The position numbers and the translations under genes were made by a program. This document shows positions 10,696-19,818 of a stretch of 64,000 nt of DNA, one piece after another (the stretch's first letter is position 1; each line of letters starts with the position of its first letter). The notes under the pieces are model-generated. The model had not been told where the DNA came from, did not search any database, and saw only the letters and a program-made list of their open reading frames with translations. Source of the DNA: an uncultured Clostridia bacterium (GTDB lineage Bacteria > Bacillota > Clostridia > Saccharofermentanales > Saccharofermentanaceae); contig CAMVBS010000003.1 of NCBI GenBank assembly GCA_947165785.1, forward strand, positions 12,656 through 76,655, given 5' to 3'.

Positions 10696-11340
10696 TCAGT
10701 TTAAAAGATAATCCTTAAGTTCATTGCAGTTATCTGCAAGTCTTGTCGCACCGTTGCGGATCAGGAAGTCTTTACTCCTGTAACCCCATGTTACGCCGAC
10801 AAACGATGTTTTCGAATAGACAGACATCAATATATCCACATCGGAATCGCCGATGCAGACCGTATCTTCAGGTCCTGCCTTCAAAGCTTCCATTACTTCG
10901 TTAACAAGAACCGGATCAGGCTTATGAGGTATCCCTTCCCTGTGACCGCGAACGATATCGACAAGGCCCGGGAAGAAATGGTCGATGAGCTTTATTGACG
11001 GCGGATCGGATTTATTCGTTACCACGGCGATCTTTACGCCGTGTTCTTTAAGAGTCTTAAAAAGATCGACGATCCCGTCATACGGATATGTATTATCGAT
11101 GCAATGCTCGTTATAGTATCTTCTGTAGTTATCAAGGACCAGCTCACGAGTCTTCTCGTCACTATCGGGAAGGCAGCGTTCGATGAGCTTACGGGCTCCG
11201 TTACCTACCCTGCTTCTAACAAGCTCCGTATCGAGCCTTTGAAGTCCGGACATTGAAAGAGCCTCATTTAATGACACGGCAAGCTGTTCGATCGTATAAA
11301 GGATCGTTCCGTCCAGATCGAAAACGGCGAGCTTATACAT
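10696..11340 (-). CDS. HAD-IA hydrolase, phosphoglycolate-phosphatase-like
   Basis: DxDGT motif (VFDLDGTIL) and a GDSxxD motif (IGDSDVD). I set the start at ATG 11340, one nt after the GH13 stop. Confidence 0.85.
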   Translation of the reverse strand: MYKLAVFDLDGTILYTIEQLAVSLNEALSMSGLQRLDTELVRSRVGNGARKLIERCLPDSDEKTRELVLDNYRRYYNEHCIDNTYPYDGIVDLFKTLKEHGVKIAVVTNKSDPPSIKLIDHFFPGLVDIVRGHREGIPHKPDPVLVNEVMEALKAGPEDTVCIGDSDVDILMSVYSKTSFVGVTWGYRSKDFLIRNGATRLADNCNELKDYLLN

Positions 11341-11341
11341 A

Positions 11342-12652
11342 TCAGTTCTCCATCTTCCAGATCTCGCAGGAATACGGCTTAAGGACTGAACCGCCTCCGA
11401 AATCATGTTTTGTTCCGCTTAAAAGCTCATCTGCCATGCCGCAGCCCGCATCAAAATGCGCGGTATACTCATAATCAGCTGCATTTATGGCAACAAGTAT
11501 CCTCTCATTTCCGTCATTTCTCTCGAAAATACACTGATGATTTGTAAGAACGACGGAACGGAATGAACCGTAACTGAGAGCGCTGTGCTCCCTCTTGATC
11601 TTGGCAAGCTTACTTATATGATCCGTCAGATCGTTCCACAAAGGCTTATCAAAGCACGCACGAAGTGCAGGGTCACCTTCCTCTTTGCGAGCCGTAGCGC
11701 CCCACTCAGATCCGTAATAAACGCAAGGGAATCCCGGCATCGTAAACGCGAGAGTATAGATAAGCGGAAGATGAGAAGGATTATTAAGATTGGAAGCGAT
11801 CCTCGTCACATCATGATTATCCACAAAGCTCATCAGATGAAGTCCCCTAAACCAGCTCCAGTTCTCAGGACCGAACTGCTGGATCAAGGTATTTATGATC
11901 TCGAACATATTCATGCAGTTGAATGAACTGAAAAGGCCTTTGTAGCACGCATAGTTAGTGCAGGAATGGCACATCTCGCCGTTTACCCACTGCTTATAAT
12001 CTCCGTGCAGGAGTTCTCCCAGGAGTAAGAATTCAGGCTTAAGTTCACCCGTAAACCAGCGGAGCCTTTTAAGGAAATCCCTGTCAAGGCAGTATGCAAC
12101 GTCGAGCCTTAATCCGTCGATATCAAATTCATCGACCCAGTATCTTACTTTGTCGAGTATATGTGAGATGACTTCCTCATTACGAAGGTTCAGCTTAACA
12201 AGGTCATAGTTACCTTCCCAGCCTTCATACCAAAGTCCGTCATTGTAATTTGAATTACCGTCGAAAGAGATGTGGAACCAATCCTTGTACGGAGAATCCC
12301 AGCGTTTCTGAAGAACATCCTGAAACGCCCAGAAACCTCTTCCCACATGATTGAAGACACCGTCCAGGACAACCTTGATACCTGCCTTATGAAGTGCTTT
12401 CGTTACCTTCTTAAAATCTTCGTTCGTACCGAGTCTCTTGTCAATAAGTCCATAGTCTCTCGTATTATATCCGTGAGTATCGGACTCGAATACGGGAGAG
12501 AAATAAACTGCGTTGATATTCAGTTTTTGAAGATGCGGTATCCAGTCTATGACCTTTAAGATCCTGTGAGTCAGGATACCGTCATTCTCGAACGGTGCTC
12601 CGCAAAACCCAAGCGGATATATCTGATAAAAGACTGCTGATTCAAACCACAT
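11342..12652 (-). CDS. GH13 alpha-amylase-family glycosidase, intracellular
   Basis: GH13 conserved regions are present: VLDGVFNHVG, GLRLDVA, LLGELLH, FVDNHD. There is no signal peptide. Confidence 0.85.
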   Translation of the reverse strand: MWFESAVFYQIYPLGFCGAPFENDGILTHRILKVIDWIPHLQKLNINAVYFSPVFESDTHGYNTRDYGLIDKRLGTNEDFKKVTKALHKAGIKVVLDGVFNHVGRGFWAFQDVLQKRWDSPYKDWFHISFDGNSNYNDGLWYEGWEGNYDLVKLNLRNEEVISHILDKVRYWVDEFDIDGLRLDVAYCLDRDFLKRLRWFTGELKPEFLLLGELLHGDYKQWVNGEMCHSCTNYACYKGLFSSFNCMNMFEIINTLIQQFGPENWSWFRGLHLMSFVDNHDVTRIASNLNNPSHLPLIYTLAFTMPGFPCVYYGSEWGATARKEEGDPALRACFDKPLWNDLTDHISKLAKIKREHSALSYGSFRSVVLTNHQCIFERNDGNERILVAINAADYEYTAHFDAGCGMADELLSGTKHDFGGGSVLKPYSCEIWKMEN

Positions 12653-12654
12653 TT

Positions 12655-13866
12655 TTATAAGCCTCTTTCCTTAAGATTACTAACAAGTTTCACATAGAAT
12701 TCTCTGACGTCAAATCCCGGTATATCCTCACGGTTCAGATCGATCATGTCACCATGAGAGATACCGCGTCTTCCCTTGCATGTAAGGAATGTATAATCCT
12801 CACCCCAGTGAAATGAAGGCTCACCAACAAGACCGTCATTAGGTCCGTCAAAATACTTAACGAGATAGAAACTCATGTTAAGCGGGAAAGCGCCGTTTAT
12901 CGCATATCTCATCCTGGAACCGACACTTTGCGTATAGATACCGTGAGCCTTGTAATCAAACTTATCTGCTATCTCTGAGATTTCCTTACACTTGGTAGCA
13001 GTAAGATCGCCCGTCGCAGCGAGGAAATCAGGAGATTTATCGCCGAGAGCCTTAAGCGACTTATTATAGGCAGCAGCAACAGCGATCTTACTCTTCTCCG
13101 GAGCTTTGTTCAAAAGATACTCCGCGAATTCACAACCCCTGTGAGGAGTGTTGATCGTCGTAACGGAAGCAATGTACTTGGAGATATCCGTCGTGGCGAT
13201 AGCGTATTTGATATCAAGTCCGCCCTTGGAATGAGCAATGACATTGACCTTGCCGCAGCCTGTCTCTTCGACTACCTGACGGACTCTCTCTGCAAGTTTA
13301 GCCGCACTCTTATCGACTGTCTCTGCCGACTCATGATTACCGTAGTAGATCGTAGCACCGTTAAGTTCGAGTTCCCTCGGGATCCTTCCCCAGTAGTTGA
13401 ATCTCTTAAAGTCCCTGAAGAAGATTCCGTGTATCATCAGGATCGGATATTTGGTCTTACAGATCTGCTGATCTTTTCTCTCCGCATCAGTCTTGATCTT
13501 TGTCGTCTCAAGAAAATACTCAAAAAGGCTCGTCTTGATGATGAAGAACAGTGCAATTAGATGAGCGACCGGTATCATACCGACAAGTATTCCGATGAGC
13601 TTAAGCTTCCACTTCATCTGTTTGGACGTAAGGTATACCATAATTATTCCCGTCCAGAAGATTATGTTCTCGACAACGATGATGCCTACCGGAATACCCC
13701 ATAATTCAGTAAATGTATACTCGATACCGTAATACATAAGGACATTCAGGAAGAATGCCACGCAAATGGCCACAGAAACCCAGAAAAATATCAGAAGACC
13801 GCTTCCGAATCCCAGGATATTAAGTCTTGGTCCATACTTAACTTTGATCTTTTTCTTATCTGACAT
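12655..13866 (-). CDS. Membrane-anchored alpha/beta-hydrolase (lipase/esterase-like)
   Basis: About four N-terminal TM helices, then GxSxG (AHSKGG). Start is ATG 13866 with SD GGGGGA. The gene lies 2 nt from the GH13 start. Confidence 0.65.
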   Translation of the reverse strand: MSDKKKIKVKYGPRLNILGFGSGLLIFFWVSVAICVAFFLNVLMYYGIEYTFTELWGIPVGIIVVENIIFWTGIIMVYLTSKQMKWKLKLIGILVGMIPVAHLIALFFIIKTSLFEYFLETTKIKTDAERKDQQICKTKYPILMIHGIFFRDFKRFNYWGRIPRELELNGATIYYGNHESAETVDKSAAKLAERVRQVVEETGCGKVNVIAHSKGGLDIKYAIATTDISKYIASVTTINTPHRGCEFAEYLLNKAPEKSKIAVAAAYNKSLKALGDKSPDFLAATGDLTATKCKEISEIADKFDYKAHGIYTQSVGSRMRYAINGAFPLNMSFYLVKYFDGPNDGLVGEPSFHWGEDYTFLTCKGRRGISHGDMIDLNREDIPGFDVREFYVKLVSNLKERGL

Positions 13867-13944
13867 ATCATATCCCCCATGTGATCTTATCACGCCACTA
13901 TTTTATACCCTTATGTCATTAATTCAATCTGATAAAGGGCAAAA

Positions 13945-14427
13945 CTACAGAATGCATACCATAATGTATTCTTCGTCATTCTCATCTACTGTCTTAAATC
14001 CCACTTTCTCATACATCTTTACCGCATAATTTGCCTTCTGCACGGCAAGCGAAGCCTTCTTATAACCTTCCTTCTTAAGAAGCCCGAGCATGCTTCTCAT
14101 AAGTTCAGTTCCGATCCCGTGACCTCTGTATTCCTTAAGAAGAGATATCGCGAACGAAGGTGTATCATCATCGATATGACCGTAATCACTCATGATCCTT
14201 ACCCACACGGCACCGACGATCTTGTCACCGAACTGCGCCACCAGACAGTGATCGTCCTTTTTCTTACCGAAGTTCTCCGTGTAAACACGCAAAGCAGGAT
14301 CTTCTATTATGCTTCTTGGCGGAGCTTCAACACCTTCAGGAATAAAGATAGCCTCATATAAAAATGTATCGAGCTCTCCTTCTTCATCAGCCTTAAGTTC
14401 ACGTATTAGATAATCATTTTGCTTCAT
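13945..14427 (-). CDS. GNAT family N-acetyltransferase
   Basis: 160 aa with an acetyl-CoA loop motif (YRGHGIGTELM). It has an ATGA overlap with the upstream membrane-protein gene. Confidence 0.8.
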   Translation of the reverse strand: MKQNDYLIRELKADEEGELDTFLYEAIFIPEGVEAPPRSIIEDPALRVYTENFGKKKDDHCLVAQFGDKIVGAVWVRIMSDYGHIDDDTPSFAISLLKEYRGHGIGTELMRSMLGLLKKEGYKKASLAVQKANYAVKMYEKVGFKTVDENDEEYIMVCIL

Positions 14428-15119
14428 TTAATAACTCCGAAATAACCATTCTCTCTTTGCTGCTCTGCGGCCTGTTCCTTCTCGAGCTTATCTCTCTTAA
14501 TGAACCTGTAGGCAAAAAAGCCGAGTATTCCGGAACCGATGAGACAGATACCTGCAAGTATTGGCATTACAAATATCGATGAATAGTTATTTGTTATATA
14601 GTAAGGAACGAGTCTTGAGGAAGGAACACCTGCCCTTGTAAGATAGTCTCTTGTATACTGCTCCATGTCTTTGCTCATGGGCATCGCAAAGCCGTCAACG
14701 TGATAGGTCTTCTCGCTAAGGTCACCCGTATATCTTACATAATCGATGGTCTTATCGGAGATCTCATCACAAAGCTTACTGTTATATTCACCGTTTACTC
14801 CGACAACGATCACCTGATCAACGACGGAATACTCATCATCCCAGTCGAAATTAACGACAGTATAATAATTCTGAGTAACTGCATCAGTAGTCTTGGTACA
14901 GCAACATCCGGCCATGGTATTGACCTCACCGATAACGTGCGTATTTCTCTTTATCTTTCTGAAATCACAATCCGGAGAATTTATGATGACAGGTTCCTTA
15001 AATGCATTAAAGAGCATTGGAAGAGAAAAACACAAGAGCATTATCGCAGCAACCAAAGACATAACTGCACCGTATATAAAAGCGACCTTCTTACGACCTG
15101 CTATTAAAAACCAAAGCAT
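14424..15119 (-). CDS. Hypothetical bitopic membrane protein (two TM helices flanking a Cys-rich ~150 aa segment)
   Basis: SD GAGGAA lies upstream. Hydrophobic helices sit at both ends, and I recognise no family. Confidence 0.5.
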   Translation of the reverse strand: MLWFLIAGRKKVAFIYGAVMSLVAAIMLLCFSLPMLFNAFKEPVIINSPDCDFRKIKRNTHVIGEVNTMAGCCCTKTTDAVTQNYYTVVNFDWDDEYSVVDQVIVVGVNGEYNSKLCDEISDKTIDYVRYTGDLSEKTYHVDGFAMPMSKDMEQYTRDYLTRAGVPSSRLVPYYITNNYSSIFVMPILAGICLIGSGILGFFAYRFIKRDKLEKEQAAEQQRENGYFGVIK

Positions 15120-15152
15120 AATTATTTCCTCACTTCACTTAGATATCGATAT

Positions 15153-15584
15153 TTAATCTTCAAAACACTCAATAAGCTTAGTAAGATCCATGACAAGATC
15201 ATCAAGTTTATCATCATCTATCTTACTGAACAGTTCATCGGTCTTCTTTGCCGTGATCTTGTAATTCTTATCAAAGTACTTCTGAGTCTTCGCGGTAAGT
15301 TCAACACGTACGGCTCTTGCGTCCTTCCTTGAAGGCTTAACTCTTACGAATTTCTTATCCTCGAGCTGACTTACGATCTTCTTTACATTCTGTCTTGTCG
15401 TGCCGACAAAATCAGCGATCGAATTCAGGCTCTTTTCCTCGTCATCCATCTTGGAGATCATAAGGAGTAAAAACCACTGTTTGAATGTAATGTCTTCGTG
15501 AATGGAATCACCGAACTGTGCAAATCTGTTTGCCAGTAATGAAATAGAACCGATGATGTATTCTTCCTTCTCTATCCTGCCCAT
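15153..15584 (-). CDS. MarR family transcriptional regulator
   Basis: A winged-helix segment (TTRQNVKKIVSQLEDKKFVRVKPSRKDARAVRVELT) with SD GGAGG upstream. Confidence 0.85.
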   Translation of the reverse strand: MGRIEKEEYIIGSISLLANRFAQFGDSIHEDITFKQWFLLLMISKMDDEEKSLNSIADFVGTTRQNVKKIVSQLEDKKFVRVKPSRKDARAVRVELTAKTQKYFDKNYKITAKKTDELFSKIDDDKLDDLVMDLTKLIECFED

Positions 15585-15602
15585 AAGGTCCTCCGTTCAT
15601 AA

Positions 15603-15663
15603 ATATGCAACTGATTGCTTTATTTGATTATAAGCATAACATTGCATATTGTAAACAACTGAT
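15603..15663. promoter_or_regulatory. Candidate MarR operator region
   Basis: An 8-bp inverted repeat (ATATGCAA 15603-15610 with TTGCATAT 15642-15649). CAACTGAT occurs twice (15608-15615 and 15656-15663), directly upstream of marR. Confidence 0.25.
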
Positions 15664-15666
15664 ATT

Positions 15667-16017
15667 TCAGACCTTCAGGCGATTTTCGATATTGTTCGCT
15701 CTTATAAGATATAGTTCAGACTCTTCCTCGTCGATCTCTTTTTCGAGGCCAAAGAGAAAAAGATCCTCAGCAAGTTTACAAGGCTGCATTATTCCTTTCA
15801 GGCAGATCTGCGCTATATGATTCGCGCACACTCTGCAGTCAAAAAGGTCCTTGATAAAATACGCTTTCTCGATGCCGATCTCGTCCTTTTCATGAAGCAC
15901 TTTTTGAAGATACAGATGAAGTATCGTCGCGCAGATCTTACGGGTCAATATGCCCTCAGTTATCCCGTCATAAAATGATGCATCGGGAAACTTTTGAAGG
16001 AACTTTTCTATCGTCAT
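15667..16017 (-). CDS. Hypothetical 116 aa protein, translationally coupled to the GH27 gene
   Basis: It has an ATGA overlap with the GH27 stop, and I recognise no family. Confidence 0.4.
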   Translation of the reverse strand: MTIEKFLQKFPDASFYDGITEGILTRKICATILHLYLQKVLHEKDEIGIEKAYFIKDLFDCRVCANHIAQICLKGIMQPCKLAEDLFLFGLEKEIDEEESELYLIRANNIENRLKV

Positions 16018-17744
16018 ACGGGAGTAACCTTATAGACGATATTGTCGCACGCTTTCATTCCCTTTATGTTAATCGACATGGATGATCTTACTTCGCTTTC
16101 CTTCGTCCAAAGATCGGTAAACATAAAGGAACCGGAACTAACGAAAGATTCATCAAGCTTTATCATATTACGGATATCGTCCAAAGAGATACTGATCTCA
16201 TCTTCTCTGTCATTCTTATCGATATTAAAGATACCGACTGCAATGCTGCCGTCAGACAAAGGCTTAACGAGAACATCGATCCTGTCGATCTCACGTATGT
16301 ATTTCTTTGAAGGATCATCACACTTCTTTGTCGTAAATATCCTTTTGGCCTGGATACCGAGTGCATCCTGGTTAAGATCGATGAGATCTTTGTTAGTGAT
16401 GATCTTATAAAGTTCATCGCCCTTTGTAACACGTCTTAGATCAAGGCCCAGGAACAAAGGAGAATTCAGCATGCACCACATGGCCATGTGAGATCTGTTC
16501 ATTGTAAGATCGATACCGTTCATTCCGATCACGAGCATATCGGGATCATTCCATCCCTTATCAAGACCTGCGAACTCATCCATGATGACGGCCTTGTTAT
16601 ACTGCGCCGTTATATTGGTAGTGTAATCACCATCCCATGCTGCAGTACCGAAGTCACCCTCAGCCGATCCGACCGCAAATGTTATATCGTTAAGGATCCT
16701 CCAGGAGTTACCGACTTTGTAACCCCAATGCTGAGGCTGTGTCTTGCCCCACTCACAGCAGGAAAGAAGGATGTCCTTTCCTCCCTGAATATCCAGCTGC
16801 TCCATTAGAGCTGCATATGAACGAAGGGTATTCTCCTGCCTTCTGTGATTCATTATCCTTAAGACGTTATTACCTTCCTTAAGTTCGACCTCGATATTTT
16901 CAGAATCGATATAATCATCACTTTCGGGAAGAAGATCATCATAGAAGACTTTATCGTCTACTGCAAGCTGAAGCCATTCTCCCTTGCCTTCTTCCTTACC
17001 TGTCGAATATGTGATCGATACCGATGCCTTACGATCTTCAGAAGAAGAGACCACAAGTCTTACTTCGCTGCTCCTGTCCCCTACAGGCGAATGATCAGGC
17101 GCAGTTCCGTCATACGTTCCGATAAAAGTAATGTGATCATCTTCGATCCTCGCAACAGGACCTGTGATCATAACCGAAGAAAGAGGAATCTCTTCACCGT
17201 CGATCCTTATCGCCTTGATGTTCGGTGCGAATGTATATCTGGCGTTCTCGGGATCAGCAAATGTCGCATTATCCCACATGTAGTAACAGTTATCGACCTT
17301 GATGAAATCGATATCCCACTCGAGGTAGGACTCAGCGTCCAAAGCCTCATGTCCGTGTGTTCCCACCTCAAGTCCCGAGCAGAGCCTGGTTCCGATATCG
17401 TTATACATACCGAACTTGAGATCGAGAGAATGTATATAATCTGCAAGCGCTCTGAAACCGCTCGGGAATTTCTCCGGATTATTACATAGTTTACCGTCTA
17501 TACGTTGATTGTTATAACAGCCGTCATCCAAAACGATATACTTATACCCGAACTTATCAAGTTCGAGTTCTTTTATCTTCTGTGCCATCGCCCTCGTAAG
17601 TTCTTCGTTATTTCCGCTTCCGAATGCATTCCAGCTGTTCCATCCCATTGCGGGGAGCCGCCCGTTGATCTTATACGGCATGCATTCGCCATTAAAGAAA
17701 TTATCAAAACGGTACTTATTGTCGATCGATGACGGTCTGTCCAT
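16014..17744 (-). CDS. GH27 alpha-galactosidase with a large internal insertion
   Basis: GH27 blocks are present: LPAMGWNSWNAFG, YIVLDDGC, DFIKVDNC, CEWG, NDPDML. Start is ATG 17744 behind AAGAGG. Confidence 0.85.
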   Translation of the reverse strand: MDRPSSIDNKYRFDNFFNGECMPYKINGRLPAMGWNSWNAFGSGNNEELTRAMAQKIKELELDKFGYKYIVLDDGCYNNQRIDGKLCNNPEKFPSGFRALADYIHSLDLKFGMYNDIGTRLCSGLEVGTHGHEALDAESYLEWDIDFIKVDNCYYMWDNATFADPENARYTFAPNIKAIRIDGEEIPLSSVMITGPVARIEDDHITFIGTYDGTAPDHSPVGDRSSEVRLVVSSSEDRKASVSITYSTGKEEGKGEWLQLAVDDKVFYDDLLPESDDYIDSENIEVELKEGNNVLRIMNHRRQENTLRSYAALMEQLDIQGGKDILLSCCEWGKTQPQHWGYKVGNSWRILNDITFAVGSAEGDFGTAAWDGDYTTNITAQYNKAVIMDEFAGLDKGWNDPDMLVIGMNGIDLTMNRSHMAMWCMLNSPLFLGLDLRRVTKGDELYKIITNKDLIDLNQDALGIQAKRIFTTKKCDDPSKKYIREIDRIDVLVKPLSDGSIAVGIFNIDKNDREDEISISLDDIRNMIKLDESFVSSGSFMFTDLWTKESEVRSSMSINIKGMKACDNIVYKVTPV

Positions 17745-17777
17745 ATACACCTCTTTTTATATTGATGTTTATCTATA

Positions 17778-18806
17778 TTACAGGTACTTTATCAGTTCGT
17801 CTCTTACCTTATCCATACGGCTGTCGCTTATGCCGAAGTTCATTTCCCTATAACTCCAGGCTGCTCTTCCTATGCCGTACTTAACGAACACATTATTGAT
17901 GAGCTTATACCACTTTACGGCATCCTCAGGATCAACATTCTCGATAACACCGTATTCACCGCAGTACAATGCTACGTTTCTTTCTTCTGCGACCTTGATA
18001 GCCTCAGCAAATATATTCTCGAAGTACTTCTCGCTCAAAGTATCCTCAGGAGCGAATCCCGGGAAGCCCGTAGTAACCTGCTGGAGCATCTTCTCGCCTG
18101 CCTCATCCATCTTCTTGAACTCAGCATCGAACGGGATCCTGAATGACGTATCCATCGTAGGGATCCAGTGTGCGCCCTGATGGGTAAATATCAATGGCTC
18201 ATAGCAGTGGAAATTGTAGATGATATTCTCATCATAAGGCATCGCGATATCTTTTACTGCCTCAACGCTGTTATTGTAATAGCCACCGACCAGGATCTTT
18301 ATATCAGGACATATCTTCCTGATCCTCTTTATACATTCGATGGAGATCCTGTTCCAGGTATCACAATATGCCTTCTCGGTAACCTCATTAAGAAGTTCAA
18401 ATGCGAGCATGTCGCTATGATGTCCGAAGCTCTCGGAAAGCCTTTCCCAGAGAGTATAAAATCTCTCCTGATACTTCTCATTCTCGAAAAAACCCTTCTC
18501 GTTATCACCGTCATAAAAGGAAAAGCCGAATGTCTTATGAAGGTCCAGGATCATATTGAGACCTTCTTCCCTGCACCAGCTTATTACCTTGGATATCCTC
18601 TCAAAACCACTGTCGAGTTTTTTACCGTCATCGGTCTCGATCAGTTCATAATCGATAGGAAGTCTTATATGATCAAGACCCCAGCTCTTTATTACTTTAA
18701 TATCTTCTCTTTTGATGAAATTATCGTAGGTCTCCTCTTTGTGATCACATTGGGAATACCATCCGCCGAGATTAACACCTCTTTGATAACCGTTCCATGT
18801 TTTCAT
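17778..18806 (-). CDS. GH5 glycoside hydrolase (cellulase/mannanase clan A), intracellular
   Basis: The acid/base is in FELLNEV and the nucleophile in YCGEYG. There is no signal peptide. Confidence 0.85.
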   Translation of the reverse strand: MKTWNGYQRGVNLGGWYSQCDHKEETYDNFIKREDIKVIKSWGLDHIRLPIDYELIETDDGKKLDSGFERISKVISWCREEGLNMILDLHKTFGFSFYDGDNEKGFFENEKYQERFYTLWERLSESFGHHSDMLAFELLNEVTEKAYCDTWNRISIECIKRIRKICPDIKILVGGYYNNSVEAVKDIAMPYDENIIYNFHCYEPLIFTHQGAHWIPTMDTSFRIPFDAEFKKMDEAGEKMLQQVTTGFPGFAPEDTLSEKYFENIFAEAIKVAEERNVALYCGEYGVIENVDPEDAVKWYKLINNVFVKYGIGRAAWSYREMNFGISDSRMDKVRDELIKYL

Positions 18807-18877
18807 ATTTTTTGCCCTCGTTATGTTTTGATTAACAATGTGATTATAACAAATTTAGAGGGCTTCACACAGATATA

Positions 18878-19687
18878 TCACTTGGAATTCTTAAATACTT
18901 TCATCATCTCATTTGTAAGACTTATATCGTTAGGCTGAAGCTCGATATCTTCACGCTTGACCCACTCGGCATACTTAAGTTCTCCCTGATCCATATGGAT
19001 CTCATCGTCGCCATCCACATCACAGTAAAAACCCGCAAGAAGATCTGCAACAACGCCCCACGGCTGAGACTTATAGTAGGTTATGTTCTTTACCTTAAGT
19101 CCGACTTCCTCCATGACTTCACGTCTTACAGTATCTTCAAGGGTCTCACCTATCTCGGTAAAACCCGCAACAAGGGCGCTGTGGCCGTATCCGGTCCTGT
19201 ACTTTGTTATAAGGAGCCTGTCACCGTTTCTGATACCGATTATGACTGCCGGGTTTATCCTCGGATAGATCTTATTGCCGCACTCACAGTTCAGGGCTCT
19301 TTCTACCGTGTCATAAGTCGTCTTCTTTCCGCACTTGCCGCAGAATCTGTTATCTTCATACCAGGTATAGAGATGGTATGCCGTAAACACTTCAAAAAGT
19401 TCCCTGTTGATCTTTGTCTTAAGACGACGGACTTCCTTCATGTCCTTCCTCGTGCACCCGTCACAGGAGCACTCACCAAACCTTAAGAAAAAGTCTTTTC
19501 CGTCAACGCTGAAGATATATATGACATTCTCCCCGCCGACATCCTTAAATGTCGGAAATGACATATCATCTTCTTCGTATCGTGCAAGAAGCCCGTCACC
19601 TGTAAATGATAAAACGACAGAGTCATCAGTGGGTATCTTATTTTTAAAGCTTATGTCCATCCTTGAAGGGAAAATATCCTGTATCAT
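18878..19687 (-). CDS. nudC: NAD(+) diphosphatase (NADH pyrophosphatase) NudC
   Basis: A zinc ribbon (CGKCGKKT...CECGNKIYPR) followed by the Nudix box GFTEIGETLEDTVRREVMEEVG. Confidence 0.85.
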   Translation of the reverse strand: MIQDIFPSRMDISFKNKIPTDDSVVLSFTGDGLLARYEEDDMSFPTFKDVGGENVIYIFSVDGKDFFLRFGECSCDGCTRKDMKEVRRLKTKINRELFEVFTAYHLYTWYEDNRFCGKCGKKTTYDTVERALNCECGNKIYPRINPAVIIGIRNGDRLLITKYRTGYGHSALVAGFTEIGETLEDTVRREVMEEVGLKVKNITYYKSQPWGVVADLLAGFYCDVDGDDEIHMDQGELKYAEWVKREDIELQPNDISLTNEMMKVFKNSK

Positions 19688-19756
19688 TGGTCTCTCCTAG
19701 AAATAAAGATCTTGTAATACTATACCGCAAAATCCCGAGTGTTAGGAAGTTTTCGA

Positions 19757-19790
19757 GAATAAAAATGAGGGTACCTCATAAGAGATACCC
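19757..19790 (-). terminator. Intrinsic terminator after the acidic lipoprotein gene
   Basis: On the minus strand, the hairpin gggtatctc-ttat-gaggtaccc (one mismatch) is followed by atttttattc. Confidence 0.6.
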
Positions 19791-19818
19791 CCAATAACGA
19801 TCCATCTTATTCTGTCTA

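Noticed and set aside
10690-10698. Convergent gene ends abut or overlap with no room for terminators: 6559/6565, 10692/10696, 48609/48614, 50652/50664 and 56304/56311.
   Set aside because: This is real in the sequence but common in compact bacterial genomes. I can extract no specific functional inference from it.
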